The notes: generated by a model from the sequence alone, not told the origin. A stretch of 64,000 bases of DNA from Vicugna vicugna (GCA_013265495.1 MU058451.1:1-64000); one strand, 5' to 3'. Shown: positions 1-11,485, numbered from the stretch's first letter. Translations and numbers: made by a program.

Positions 1-982
1 CCAGTTTCCACAATGGCAACTCAGAATCCACATTTCTTCCCTCAATCTTTCTGCAGCTTTTTCTCTTTCCACAGTATTTTAAAAAACCTGAGATACCATA
101 TAATTCCCCTGAGAAACACTTCCATATGTGTCTCTAGCAAAAAAAGGCATTTTTTTTAAAGCAATGATTCTCAACCCGTCCCCTCCCCCCTGCCCCTGCC
201 AGGAAACATTAAGCAGTTTAGCGAGTTTCCTGAGGGGCAAACAGCACCGTCCAGAGACATTTTTAGCTGTCACAGCCGAAGCAGGGTTGGGGGGTGTGGG
301 GAGAAACTACTGGCATCCAAGCAGCAGAGACTGGAGTGCCACTAAATACCCCACAGCAAAGAAGTGTCCAGCCCAAAATGTCGAAAGTGTCGAGGCTGAG
401 AAACACTGTTGTAAACATAACCAGCCTGCAAGTATCAAACCTCACAAAATTAATCATCCCATAAGAATCTCAGGTCCCCGGTCCACGTTCAAATGTCCCT
501 GATGGTCACAAAGATGCCTTCCCACAGACAGTATCTTAGAAACTGAATGCAAACCAGGTCTACTCGCTGCGTTTGATTGATAAGCCTCTCAAGTCCTTTC
601 TCTACCAGTTCCTCCTCCTCCCTGAACCTGCTTCTCCCTTGTCATTTATTTGTTAAAGAAACTGGGTCATTTGTCATCCAGGACTGCCCACCCTCTGGAT
701 TTGGCCCATGGTGTCCCTGAGGTGCCGCTTCACTTTCCCTACACCCCACATCCTCCAGCCCAGTACTGAGACCTAAACTTTGATCAGAGAACGGTGCAAC
801 TTCTGTTGCTAAAAATACTTTGTAGGGGGTGCTGTATGTGTGTCTGGGACAAGGTACCAAAAGGCACATCACATCCAGCCATCTCTTTCCCAATGTTTAA
901 ATGATAAAATTCCCTCAAAACCTTTCACCAAACAGTTCTACCCTCTGCTGAGGATGCTGCCTACATCCATCCTTACATCAGA

Positions 983-1195
983 GCAGCAGTTCTCAACTGT
1001 GAGTGATTTTGCCCACTGAGAGGGCATGTGACAACGCTTTGAGACATTTTTCATTGTCACAACCTGGGGAGGGTGTGCTGCTGGCATCTACTGGGTAGAG
1101 ACCAGGGATGCCACTAACAGCCTATCGTGTGCAGGATACACTCCAAACAGTGACCCTACCCAAAACACTGACATTACCGAGGTTGAGAAATCCTG
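983..1195 (+). mobile_element. MER20-like hAT-Charlie non-autonomous DNA transposon
   Basis: Termini CAGCAGTTCTCAAC...GGTTGAGAAATCCTG and internal ctggcatctactgggtagagaccagggatgc resemble MER20. Confidence 0.65.
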
Positions 1196-1237
1196 ATTCT
1201 GAGACGCCCTGCCATTCCCTCCTGGCCCAGGGCTCAC

Positions 1238-1514
1238 CTGTCGATCTGAGGGACATATTGCTTCATCTCCGTCACAGACACATCCAGTTTGGTGAAGAGC
1301 TGCAGGTAGGCGTCCTGGATCTCATGGTCCTCCTGCTTCAGCAGGAAGCTCAGGCCCCGGTTCTCCTGGCTGAGGACTCCACTGGCTGGCTCAAAGCTGC
1401 TGTCATTGGGACCTTGGCTTTGGGAGTCCCCATCCACAGCAGGTAGGCACTTCCAGGAGGGGGCAGGCATGGTGGTGATGCAGTGCTGGGTGTAGGACAT
1501 GGGGTTCAGGTGAC
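1238..1514 (-). pseudogene. PREX1: PREX1-like exon ([12 protein letters not shown]...QIDR) of an unprocessed partial duplicate
   Basis: Translation [20 protein letters not shown]...[19 protein letters not shown] matches PREX1; acceptor ctgcag|GT and donor AG|gtgag are present. Confidence 0.85.
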
Positions 1515-1946
1515 CTGCAGTGGAGGGAAAGAGAGCTCACTTACAAACAGCCCCCAGATACTCACAAGCCCCTTCGACAGACCTATACAAACCCATTTTA
1601 AGGATTGCAATGAATGAGGAAAGTTTCCCTTTTAAATACTCTTTCAGTACATTAAATTGCTTCAATTTAAAAAAAGTTTCCATTTGGCGCTAATATGCTT
1701 TTAACTCCTGTGATCTTTTTCCGGCCTAGAATGTAGAAATGATGGCTGGTACTCCAGCAGCCATTCTAGACCATGAGGCATCCTTCAGGATAAAAGCAAC
1801 CTCTAGAGATGGTGGCATAGAAAGGAGGCTTCATCCCTGATGACTGTGGGGCCACCATTCCAGTCTTGGGCTGCTAGCCTTCATACGTGCTTCTGTTTAA
1901 GTATCTGTAGTGTGAGATCTGACCACAATTTTTGAGACACAGTTAC

Positions 1947-2100
1947 CTTGCTCTGGGTCAAGGTCGACAATCCAGGGTTTGTGATCAAAGCGGATGCTGA
2001 AGGACCTACCAACCAAGGGCATGGTCTTGGGGTAGGACACTTCCAGGAGGCTGATGTGGCAATTTGTGGGTAAAAAAGACCAGGCCACGCAGTGGATTAA
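1947..2100 (-). pseudogene. PREX1: PREX1-like exon remnant ([16 protein letters not shown]...DLDPEQG)
   Basis: Matches PREX1 [28 protein letters not shown]; donor G|gtaac; 5' part not recognisable; frameshift in a T run. Confidence 0.75.
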
Positions 2101-2790
2101 CAGCTACTGAGAAAGCTGGGGGACATGAGGTCATGATGCAGGGCTCTGGGAATCCTGGCCCACCCCGAGTACCCACTTTACTCTGGTCTAGGTCAGACAT
2201 TCCAGAATTGGACAAAATGCCAATACTTTCAAATGGAAGAGTGAATTCCCCCGCACTGCCTTTCCCTGCACCCAGATTTCAGGGAGGACCTAGAGAAATC
2301 TGAGGCCTCTGGCTACCTCTCCACATTCATTTCCCCACTTTTGCTGCATCTGGGCTGTCTCTGAGGAACCACCTCTCTCTGACCCACAGTGCATGGGGTT
2401 CAGGTAAGACTGCCCCCCTTCCCTGCAGAGACACATACAGGGCTGGGCAAGGGGCCCAAGCCAAGCCAACAAGAGCTGTCATCAAGTCCCCTTTCTACTG
2501 GGGTTGCTAACACTGGAGCTCCCGGGGGTCATTCTGTCACTACATGAAAAGAGCCTGCCTGAGAGCAAAGCCAACACAGAAGAACACAGTCAAGAGAAGG
2601 AGGGAGACCCTATTCTTGTCCTAGTGTGGTATCTGTTTGAGTGCCTGGATACTGCCATGCCTGAAGTTTACCGCAGGACTTTTCAGTAATACAAACCAGT
2701 AACTTCTCCTGTCTGTTGAAGCTCACTGGGTTGGGTGCTGACACTTACAACCACAGTAACCCCCGCGGAGACCCTGCAGGATGCGGGCAC

Positions 2791-2950
2791 CTCCTGGCAG
2801 CAGGCGGTCCTCTGGCCAGGGCTCTCCAGTTCGGTATCGCAGGTGGCGGAACTCGTAGTGGAACGTGGTCTTCACGACGCTGCTCAGGGCTGTCAGCCAT
2901 CCAGAGTCCTGCACGAAGATTCTGTCGTCGGCAGCACAGGCCTCAGGGAT
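2791..2950 (-). pseudogene. PREX1: PREX1-like exon, frameshifted
   Basis: tgtag|ATC CCT GAG GCC...HYEFRH, then a frame change to CDTELES...ACCQE|gt; matches ILEAFAAND...[23 protein letters not shown]. Confidence 0.8.
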
Positions 2951-3236
2951 CTACAGAGAGATTTAACAGCTACTGAGCACTCACTGTGCCCCAGAGCGGG
3001 TGTTCAGGGGCTGCTGTGCGGTGACTACTGTGCGCCTCGTAGTACCCCGTAAGGTCAGATGTCTTACTGGCCCACTTAGCAAATGAGCAAACTGAGCCTG
3101 AGAGATAGGAAGTCACTCTCCTAAGTCCCACAGCTACCAAGGGGTGGGGCAGGGACTAGAAGGGCTCCAGCCTAACTCTGAGGATGTGGGGATAAGGTTG
3201 CTCCACCCCCCTGGGCAGGACATCGCCCAGCGAGAC

Positions 3237-3423
3237 CTTGGCAGTGAGGCCGAAGATCCGCACGGCTCCACAACCTCCTCCAGCAGGAGGCACTGGACAC
3301 CTGCTGTGCTCACGCACTCACGCACCACGCTCTGCTCCAGGTGCACGCTGTCCTCGGTCAGGCTCACCGCAGGGCTGTCCCCACGTGGGCTCAGCTGGGG
3401 ACCCAGGGACAGCAGGGGGAACA
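3237..3423 (-). pseudogene. PREX1: PREX1-like exon, frameshifted
   Basis: [42 protein letters not shown] resembles PREX1; 1-nt loss before FGLTAK|gt. Confidence 0.8.
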
Positions 3424-4321
3424 CTGGAAGCCAAAGGGACGGGCAAACCTGAGGATGGGGCACCACCCCACACCAGGCCAGCCCTCCGACCCAGCACCGA
3501 GGACGGCTCATGTTGGGCAGATGGGGAGACCGAAGCCTCTGCTGCAGCTCTGTTCACTTTTGCCAGCCCACTATCGCTCACTCTTTATTCTAGAAGATTT
3601 CCCTTCTAAGAATCAACCCTTGAGCCCCATTCCCAGTCTATGTGGCTCACAAAAGCGGACCTCCAACCACACCTTCCCCTACAGGCAAAGGCCTGGCCAA
3701 GGAGGATATTAGATTTTCCCTATTCAGTTCGCCTGTTGATTCAGGAATCAGCATGTGACCCAAGCTGGACCAATGAGAATCTGTTCTGGGGCTTTGGCTG
3801 GATCTACAAAGAGGAGACATTCTCTTTCTCAACTACATTCCAAGTTACCAGAGCCACCAGGTGCAGAAAACAGCATGTGAGGAGAAAAGCGACACAGCGG
3901 GAGCAGAGCAGGGAACTGGAGAAAAACAAAGAGCTTCCTCACTATATGAGGTGCTGGATTGAGCCAGACCTGAAGCTTGTTGACCCTCTCATACTTTTCA
4001 GTTTGCTGGACCAATCTTTCTATGTAGCTGAGATTAAGTCCCAATTAACATAAACCCAGAGAGGCTGTGGCTCCTCAGAGGCCACATAGCTAGGTAGTGA
4101 CATATCTAGGAAGCAAGCAGGCACTTTCTTGGAGTGAAATGCTTTCCCCCAACCTGCTCCAAAGAGAACCTCTCAATCCACACACTATCACTCTTCCTTC
4201 CCTCACCCTCACACTATGTCACCACTTGTCAAGTTTTTCTTCTTTTGTTCATTGTCTGCTTCCTCCCATGTCAGTGCCCTGATGGCAGGGTCCATGTCCC
4301 CCTTGCTCACGGGTGTCCCCC

Positions 4322-4915
4322 ACCTAACCCTGATCATAGACCTCAGCTTGAACCTAGCCCTAAACTTGAAATTAGCCCTAAACTTGAAATCAGCCCTAAC
4401 TTAACACCTAGCCCTAAATCTACGTGTAGACCTAACCCTGAAACTAGACTTAAACCTCAATCTAGACCTAAACCTGAACCTAGCTCTAACCCTCAACTTA
4501 GCCCTAAACCTAAAACTAGCCCTAATCCTGAACATAGCCCGCACCTTGAACCTTCCTTTAATACTGCAGCTAGCCTTAAGCCTGAACGTAGCACAAAACC
4601 TGAGCCTAGCCATAACCCTGCTGCTAGCCCTACCTCCGAATCTATCCGTAATTTTGATATAGCCGTAAAGCTGCACCTAGACTTAAACTTTCCCCTAGCC
4701 CTAAACCTGAACCAAGACCTCAGCCGTCACATAACCCTAACCCTCAACCCAGCCCTCACCCTGAACCTAGCCCTAGCCCTGTGTGTAACACTAACAATGA
4801 ACCCAGCCGGAAACCTGACGCTAGCCCTAAACCTGAACATAGCACTAACCCTGCATATAGCCGAAACCATGAACCTAGTCCAACCCTGCCCCTAGCCGTA
4901 ACCCTGCATCTAGCT
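4322..4915 (+). repeat. Degenerate telomere-like satellite (CCCTAA variants, ~18-bp GAACCTAGCCCTAACCCT unit), copy 1
   Basis: Recurrent aacctagccctaa/aaccctg hexamer variants. Confidence 0.85.
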
Positions 4916-4944
4916 GCATCCGTGCTTTAGGATTTTCTATCTAT

Positions 4945-6160
4945 AGTATCATGGCCCAGGCCTCACCTACACAACCCTCTCTGTGCTCCTCTCCAACGCA
5001 GCCCAGGCCTCAACCACTGGCGCCCCCTTACCTACCAGGCGACAGCAGCAGAGGCGAAGGCACACGGCGGCCCAGACCCCAGGCCGTGTTCCTCATCGGG
5101 GAGCTGGTTCAGGAGCACCCGGCCCCGGCCCAGCTCCCACACGCTCTGGGCCGGCTCCTGCGACTTCGCAAATGCACGTCCGCGTGCGAGCCCCTCCCGC
5201 TCCCGCTGGTAGCGGGGATGCTCTGGCTGGGGTTCCCACACTAAGGGACACGGCCAGTGGGGCTGACAAGTTGAGCACGGCCATGCGAGGCCAGGCTGTG
5301 GGGCAGTGGGGCTGGTCCACTTCGTGGCCCAGGACTGGCCGGCCGAGTCCCCACCCCTATGCTCCCCCAACCAGACACCGACAGGGTCCCCCGGCACCCA
5401 GTTACAACCACCACTGGCCCTGGGCCAGGCCACACCCCACAGTTCCATTCCCCCTGCTGGACGACACACACCGCCTCGACCCCCGTCACTGCCCGCGCAT
5501 CTCCCAACCAGGCCTCATCCCTGACCCGATCCCCAAAACAAGGCAGAATCCTTCTCCTCATATTGAGGTCCCCACCCCCACACTCTGCCCCACTAGGACC
5601 TAACTTACAGCCCCTGCAAACAAGCTGACCCCTCAGGCTTCACCCCGGGTCCGCCCACCATCCTGGGATGGTCCCCTCACCCCTAACCCCAGGATTACCA
5701 CCCCTCCCCTCAATGGGGTCCCCTTACTCTGAGCGTCCCTCACCCCAAGACGGCCCCTGCACACTTCAGCCAGGTGACTTCCACTCTGGGTGGCCCCTCA
5801 CTCCTCAACCTGGCCACCCTCACCACGGGATCCCCCCTCCCTCTGAGTGCACCCATGAACCGAGCTGACCCGCTCACTCCTCACCCCACCGGGGCTGGGG
5901 CGGTCTGCGCTCAGGTTCCCGTCGTGACAGCCACCAGACAGGATCCCGAGCAGCGCACGGACACACAGTCCACTGCCCAAGGCTCCTCTTGGGCACGGTA
6001 GGCGGGGCTGGAGACTGTGCCAATTCCCACCAGGGCGCCCTGCACCCCCACCACCTCTGTGCCCAGGGCCTGATCTGAGCAAGGGGGTCAGGCTGGTCCC
6101 GGGCCGCAGGATGCTCGCCACCGGGCTTTGGGCAGCTGATGGCACGCATGGCGGTCTAGA
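4945..6160 (+). repeat. CpG/GC-rich dispersed repeat unit, copy 1
   Basis: caggcctcacctac...cccttacct(a/g)ccaggcgacagcagc...caggagcacc is shared with copies near 8655, 22005 and 26900. Confidence 0.85.
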
Positions 6161-6694
6161 CACCTAGGGCGGGAGGCCCTGGGCACGGGGACCTGCCGGG
6201 ACGACCGTGTGGCCCGCGGGAGGACAGCGGGCAGTGGCAGCGGTGGCGGGGGAGGGGGCTACCCTGGGAGAGCCAGTCGACTTGCTCTAATCAGGCCAGC
6301 TGCCTGGCCTGAGGCGGCCTCATTTACCCCAGCTTGGCAGAAGGCACTTCTCCCTGAGAGCCTGCTCCTTGGAGGCGGCCAGGGTGCGGTCAGGGCGTGG
6401 CAGCGGTGGCCACTGCAGGATCGGGGCTGCCCCGTGCAACCACAGGGATTTGCGCCCATTTCCCGCTGTGGCTGTCGCACCCCTCCCCACTCGACGCCAC
6501 ACACTGACTGCACCATGCCCGCCTCCCAGGAGCAGGATGGCCGGTAGCCTGCGTCCCATGAGCCTGTGGCAGCAGAGGCTGCCCCGAGTCCAGGCCGTGT
6601 GGGAGAAGGCAGGAAATGACCGGCTCCCCTGGCCACCACCACCACGCTGCCATCTTCCTAGCCACCTGACCTCACTGAGCCCGTGGTCTTACTG

Positions 6695-8332
6695 AACTGG
6701 GTATACAGGGAACATATCTCAACACGATACAAAGCTATTCATCACAAACCTACAGCCATCATAATACTCTACCAAGAAAAGCTGAAAGCCGGTCCACGGA
6801 AATCTGGACAAGACAAAGATGCTCACTCTCACCCCTTTTATTCAATATAGTATTGGAAGTCCTAGCCACATCAAATTAGACAGCAAAAAGAAAGAAAAGG
6901 GGTCCAAACTGAAAGACAAGAAATAAAATCCTCATTGTATGCACATGACATGATACTATATACACAAAATCCAAAAGGTTCCACATAAAAATGACTATGG
7001 CTAATTGAAGTAGTTGGCAAGGTAGGAGAATACAAAATCGACATGCAAAAATCAGTGGCACTTCTTCACAAGAATGTAATCCTCCCTTTTAAAATTGCAT
7101 CCAAAACATAAAATACTGAGGAATAAGTCTAACCAAGGACGTGAAATGCTTACATGCACAGACCCATAAAACACTTGAGGGAAGTAAAGAGGACTTGAGA
7201 AAACGAAAGATAGCCCACTTCCTTCTATTGGAAGAATCGATATTCTTAAAATGGCCGTACCTGCCCAGAGGAATCGACAGACTGCATGCAGATCCCTACC
7301 AAATCACACAGGCCATTTTTCACAGAACTAGAAAAAATCCTATTAAACTTTACATGGACTCACAAAAGACCCAGGATAACCGAAGCTTTACTCAAGAAAA
7401 ACAACAAAGCTGGAGGAATAAGCCTCCCAGAATTCAGACACTACTACAGACCTACGATCAAAACAGCATGGGATTCCTACGAAAACGGACATATGGATCA
7501 GTGGGACAGAAATGAGAGCCCAGAAATAAACCCGCAAACTTTTGGTCAATCAATCTTTGACAAAGGAGGGAAGAACCTACCATGGAGGCAATGCAGTCTC
7601 TTCAGCAAAGGCTGTAGGGAAAACTGGACAGCTGCGTGGAAATCAATGAAGCTAGATGACTGCCTAACACCGTACACAGAAATAAACTCAGAATGCCTTA
7701 AAGACTTGAACGGAAGACCGGAATCTATAAACCTCTTCAAACAACACACAGGCAACACATTACCTCACATACATCTCAGCAATGATCTCCTAGGGCACTC
7801 TACCCCAGCACCAGAAGGAAAAGCACAAGCAAACACACACACACACGGGACCTAGCTGAGCTCACAGGCTTCCGCACAGCAAAGGGAACCATAAGCAAAT
7901 CAAAAGCACAACCTACTGAATGGGCGAAAATACCTGCAAACGATTCGACTGACAAAGGCTTCATTTCCAGACTACGTAATCAGGGCATACAACTTAGTAA
8001 CTGAACAACACACACCCCAATCCAAACACGGGCAGAAGACCTGTACACGCATTTCTCCAATGAAGGCACAGAAACGGCCAACAGGCACATGAACAAAATG
8101 CTCACTATCTCTCCTTATCAGAGAAACGCAAGTCAACACTACAACGAGGCATTACCTCACACACGCAGTCAGAAAGCCCATCATTCAACAGAAGTCCACA
8201 AAGGAGAAACACTGGTAGGCTGTGGACAGAAGGGGACCCTCCTACACTGCTGGTGGCACTGTAGTTTGGCGTAGCCACTGTGAAAGACAGTTTGGAGATT
8301 TTTCCAAAGACTAACTAAAACCACAGTTGCCA
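6695..8332 (+). mobile_element. LINE-1 ORF2 3' fragment, degenerate, copy 1
   Basis: ORF 7286-7855 FFTELEKILLNFTW...KAGGISLPEFRHYYRPTIKTAW is L1 ORF2-like; the frame is interrupted. Confidence 0.9.
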
Positions 8333-8654
8333 AAACATTTCGATCTCGGGGGCAGGCCGACAAGTTCCCAAAAGCCCCGGGCCTCGCCCGTTATTCCAAC
8401 CTGGAGGGCCCAGGGCGGCCTGCCGCCACCAGGCAGGTCCACCTAAGCAGGAAGGCCATGGCCTGAGGGCCGGTCGGAGGTGCTCCAAGGTCACTCCGGC
8501 GCCCTCCCACCTCCTGGGGCTGCTCCCGCTTTCCTAAAGCCACGTGTGAGCGGCGATGAAGACACCAGGGTTCAGTGACTATTGATGGCGGGGGCGATGC
8601 ACCACAAACCAGGGCGGCGGCCCTGGACCCGCCTCAGGGGCCTAACGGGCCATG

Positions 8655-9147
8655 AGGCCCGGGCCTCACCTACACAGCCCTCCCTGTGCGCCTCCTCAGC
8701 GTAGGCCAGGCCTCAACCACTGGCTCCCCGACCTGCGCGCCCCCACCGGCACCCCCTTACCTGCCAGGCGACAGCAGCGGAGGCGAAGGCACACGGTGGC
8801 CCGGACCCCAGGCCGTGCTCATCCTCGGGCAGCCAGCCCAGGAGCACCCGGCCCTGGCCCAGCTCCCGCATGTCCTGGGCCGGCTCCCGCACAGTCGTGC
8901 ATGCGCGTCCACGTCAGCGCCCTTCCCCCTCCAGCCAGTAGCTGGGACGCTCGGGCTGGGGCTCCCGCACTAAGGGACACGGCCAGTGGGGCCGACAGGG
9001 GCCGGGTCCGACAGGGGCCGGGTCCGATAGGGGCCGAGCCCGGCCACGCGAGGCCAGGCCGTGGGGCGGTGGGGCTGGTCCACCCTGTGGCCCAGGACTG
9101 GCCAGCCGAGTTCCCACCCCCAATGCCACCCAACCCATACACCGACA
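8655..9147 (+). repeat. CpG/GC-rich repeat unit, copy 2 (truncated by satellite)
   Basis: Homologous to 4950-5385. Confidence 0.85.
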
Positions 9148-9149
9148 GT

Positions 9150-9771
9150 TTAATAATGCACCTAGGCCTAACACTGAACCTTGCCATAAACCTGAATGTA
9201 GCCCTAATTTCGAACCTAGCCCTAAAACTAAGTATAGCCCTTACCCTGTACCTAGAACAAACACTGAACCCAGCCTTAAGGCTTAACCTAGCCCTACTGG
9301 AGAACACACACCTAACACTGCACGTAGCCCTAATCCCTAAACTAGCTGTAACCCTGTAACTAGCCCTAACCTAAACCTAGCCCTATCCTTGAACCTAGCC
9401 GTAACAGTGCACCTAGCCCTAACCTTGCACTCACCCCTAAGCTTGAACCTAGCCCTGACAGTGAACCTAGCCCTAACTGTGAAAATAGCCCTAACGCTGA
9501 ACATAGCCTGAGCCCTGAACCTAACCCTAATCCTAACCCTCAACCAAGCCCTATGGTTGAACCTAACCATAACCCTAAACTTAGCCCTATACCTGAATGT
9601 ACCCCTAACCTTGAACCTAGTCTTAACCTTCAACCTAGCTCTAACCTTCAAACCAGCACGAACACTGAAACTAGACCTAACCCTGAAAGTAGCCCACACC
9701 GTGAACCTAGACCCAACACTGAACCTAGCCTTAAACCTGAACCTAAGCCTTAATCTAGCCCTAACCATGCA
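9150..9771 (+). repeat. Degenerate telomere-like satellite copy 2, left arm flanking the NUMT
   Basis: gaacctagccctaac repeats. Confidence 0.85.
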
Positions 9772-9849
9772 CCTACCCTTAACTCTAGCCCTATGTGTAT
9801 GACACGTTTCACTACCAATTTTAACAGCATGTGCCCCTCCATAGACATA
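9772..9849 (+). pseudogene. ND1: NUMT ND1 3' fragment
   Basis: LPLTLALC(V)WHVSLPILT in the mitochondrial code, directly before tRNA-Ile. Confidence 0.85.
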
Positions 9850-9919
9850 AGAAATATGTCTGACAAAAGAGTTACTTTGATATAGAGTAAATAATAAGGT
9901 TTAAGCCCTCTTATTTCCA
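9850..9919 (+). tRNA. trnI: NUMT mt-tRNA-Ile pseudo-copy
   Basis: AGAAATATGTCTGACAAAAGAGTTACTTTGAT; 2-nt insertion in the anticodon loop. Confidence 0.85.
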
Positions 9920-9989
9920 GAACTGCAGGAATTGAACCTACCCGTAAGAATTCAAAATTCTCCATGCTACCACACTACACCTTATTCTA
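9917..9989 (-). tRNA. trnQ: NUMT mt-tRNA-Gln pseudo-copy
   Basis: IQM position; ggaattgaacct, aattcaaaatt. Confidence 0.8.
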
Positions 9990-9993
9990 TTAC

Positions 9994-10062
9994 AGTAAGG
10001 TCAGCTAAATTAGCTACCGGCCCCATACCCCAAAAATGTTGGTTTATATCCTTCCCATACTA
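9994..10062 (+). tRNA. trnM: NUMT mt-tRNA-Met pseudo-copy
   Basis: AGTAAGGTCAGCTAA...CCCATACCCC...CCTTCCCATACTA. Confidence 0.85.
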
Positions 10063-11092
10063 ATAAATCCCCTTGTCCTTTGTATTATTCTATTTACAAT
10101 TATAGCAGGGGCTTTAATTGTAATAATTTGCTCTCACTGACTATCTGAATTGGCTTTGAAATGAATATACTTGCCACTATTCCAATTGTAATAAAAAGTT
10201 TAGCCCACGGGCCATAGAAGCATCTACTAAATATTTCCTCATCCAGGCTACTGTATCAATACTACTTATGTTAGTGGTCATCATTAACCTACTATACACT
10301 CAGGCCAATGAGCCACACAAAAATCTTTAACCAAACTGCATCAATCATCGTAACTACGGCCTTAATTATAAAACTAGGACTGGCCCCATTTCACTTCTGA
10401 GCACCAGAAGTCACACAAGGCATCCCCCTAATATCAGGACTAATCCTACTGACCTGACAAAAACTACCCCCCCTCTGTGCTCTATCAAATCGCACCATCA
10501 ATCAACTCAGACATAAGACTAACAGTATCTATGCTATCAATTATAATTGGAGGCTGAGGAGGACTTAACCAAACCCAGTTGCGAAAGATCATGGCATATT
10601 CATCAATTACTCACATAAGATGAATAACTGCAGTTACAGTTTATAACCCACCATAGCAGTGCTATACTCGCTAATACATCTCACAATAACACTTACAATA
10701 TTTATACTATTTATAATTAACTCCACTACAACCATCCTCTATCACACACCTGAAACAAGACACCCATTGTCACGGCACTAGTTCTCACTGTCATAATACC
10801 ATAGGAGGCCTCCCCTCATTGTCTGGCTTCATGCCTAAGTGAACAGTCATTCAAGAATTGACAAACAACGATAGCATTATCCTACCCACACTAATAGCCA
10901 TCAAGGCACTTCTAAATTTATATTTCTACATACGACTAACGTATTCTGCAGCACTGACCGTATTCCCTTCATCTAACACCATGAAAACAAAGTGGCAATT
11001 AGAGAACACAAAACGAATAACCTCACTACCGATTCTAGTTGTACTATCCACACTAATTCTGCCCCTAACCCCAATGTTATCAGTACTAAACT
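10063..11092 (+). pseudogene. ND2: NUMT ND2, frameshifted
   Basis: LAPFHFW motif and C-terminal [10 protein letters not shown]; several indels. Confidence 0.9.
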
Positions 11093-11162
11093 AGGAATTT
11101 AGGTTAAACCAGATCGAGAGCCTTCAAAGCTCTAAGCAAGTACAATATATACTTAATTCCTG
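11093..11162 (+). tRNA. trnW: NUMT mt-tRNA-Trp pseudo-copy
   Basis: AGGAATTTAGGTTAAACCAGA...GCCTTCAAAGC. Confidence 0.85.
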
Positions 11163-11167
11163 CCCGC

Positions 11168-11236
11168 TAAGGACTGCAAGACTCTATCCTACATCAACTG
11201 AATGCAAATCAACCACTTTAATTAAGCTAAGCCCTT
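11168..11236 (-). tRNA. trnA: NUMT mt-tRNA-Ala pseudo-copy
   Basis: taaggactgcaag...gaatgcaaatca in the WANCY cluster. Confidence 0.85.
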
Positions 11237-11237
11237 T

Positions 11238-11310
11238 CTAGATTGGTGGGCTTGCATCCCACGAAATTTTAGTTAACAGCTAAATACCCTAGTCAACTGG
11301 CTTCAATCTA
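11238..11310 (-). tRNA. trnN: NUMT mt-tRNA-Asn pseudo-copy
   Basis: ctagattggtggg...ttagttaacagctaa...ggcttcaatcta. Confidence 0.85.
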
Positions 11311-11351
11311 CTTCTTCCGCCGCAGGAAAAAAAAAAAAAAGGCGGGAGAAG
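11311..11351. other. NUMT light-strand replication origin (OL) stem-loop
   Basis: cttcttccgcc-loop with A14-ggcgggagaag between trnN and trnC. Confidence 0.85.
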
Positions 11352-11419
11352 CGCGAGCACTCGAGTTTGAAGCTGCTTCTTTGAATTTGCAATTCAATGT
11401 GCTATTCACCACAGGACTT
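11350..11419 (-). tRNA. trnC: NUMT mt-tRNA-Cys pseudo-copy
   Basis: ttgaatttgcaattca anticodon arm. Confidence 0.8.
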
Positions 11420-11485
11420 GGTAAAAAGAGGGCTGTCCCCTCTGTCTTTAGATTTACAGTCTAATGCTTGCTCAGCCATCTCACC
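11420..11485 (-). tRNA. trnY: NUMT mt-tRNA-Tyr pseudo-copy
   Basis: ggtaaaaagagg...tagatttacagtcta...ctcagccat. Confidence 0.85.

Noticed and set aside
1238..3423. Functional PREX1 gene
   Set aside because: Frameshifts, heavy divergence, missing upstream exons and scrambled order
4134..4895. 253-aa Pro/Leu/Asn-rich ORF, and similar ORFs at 8652-9359 and 9337-9768
   Set aside because: These are translations of the hexamer satellite (LNLAL/PKPEP periodicity) with no gene structure
4983..6695. Many overlapping ORFs in the GC-rich units (also 22.0-22.7 kb and 26.8-30.2 kb)
   Set aside because: Expected from high GC content; frames are not preserved between paralogous copies
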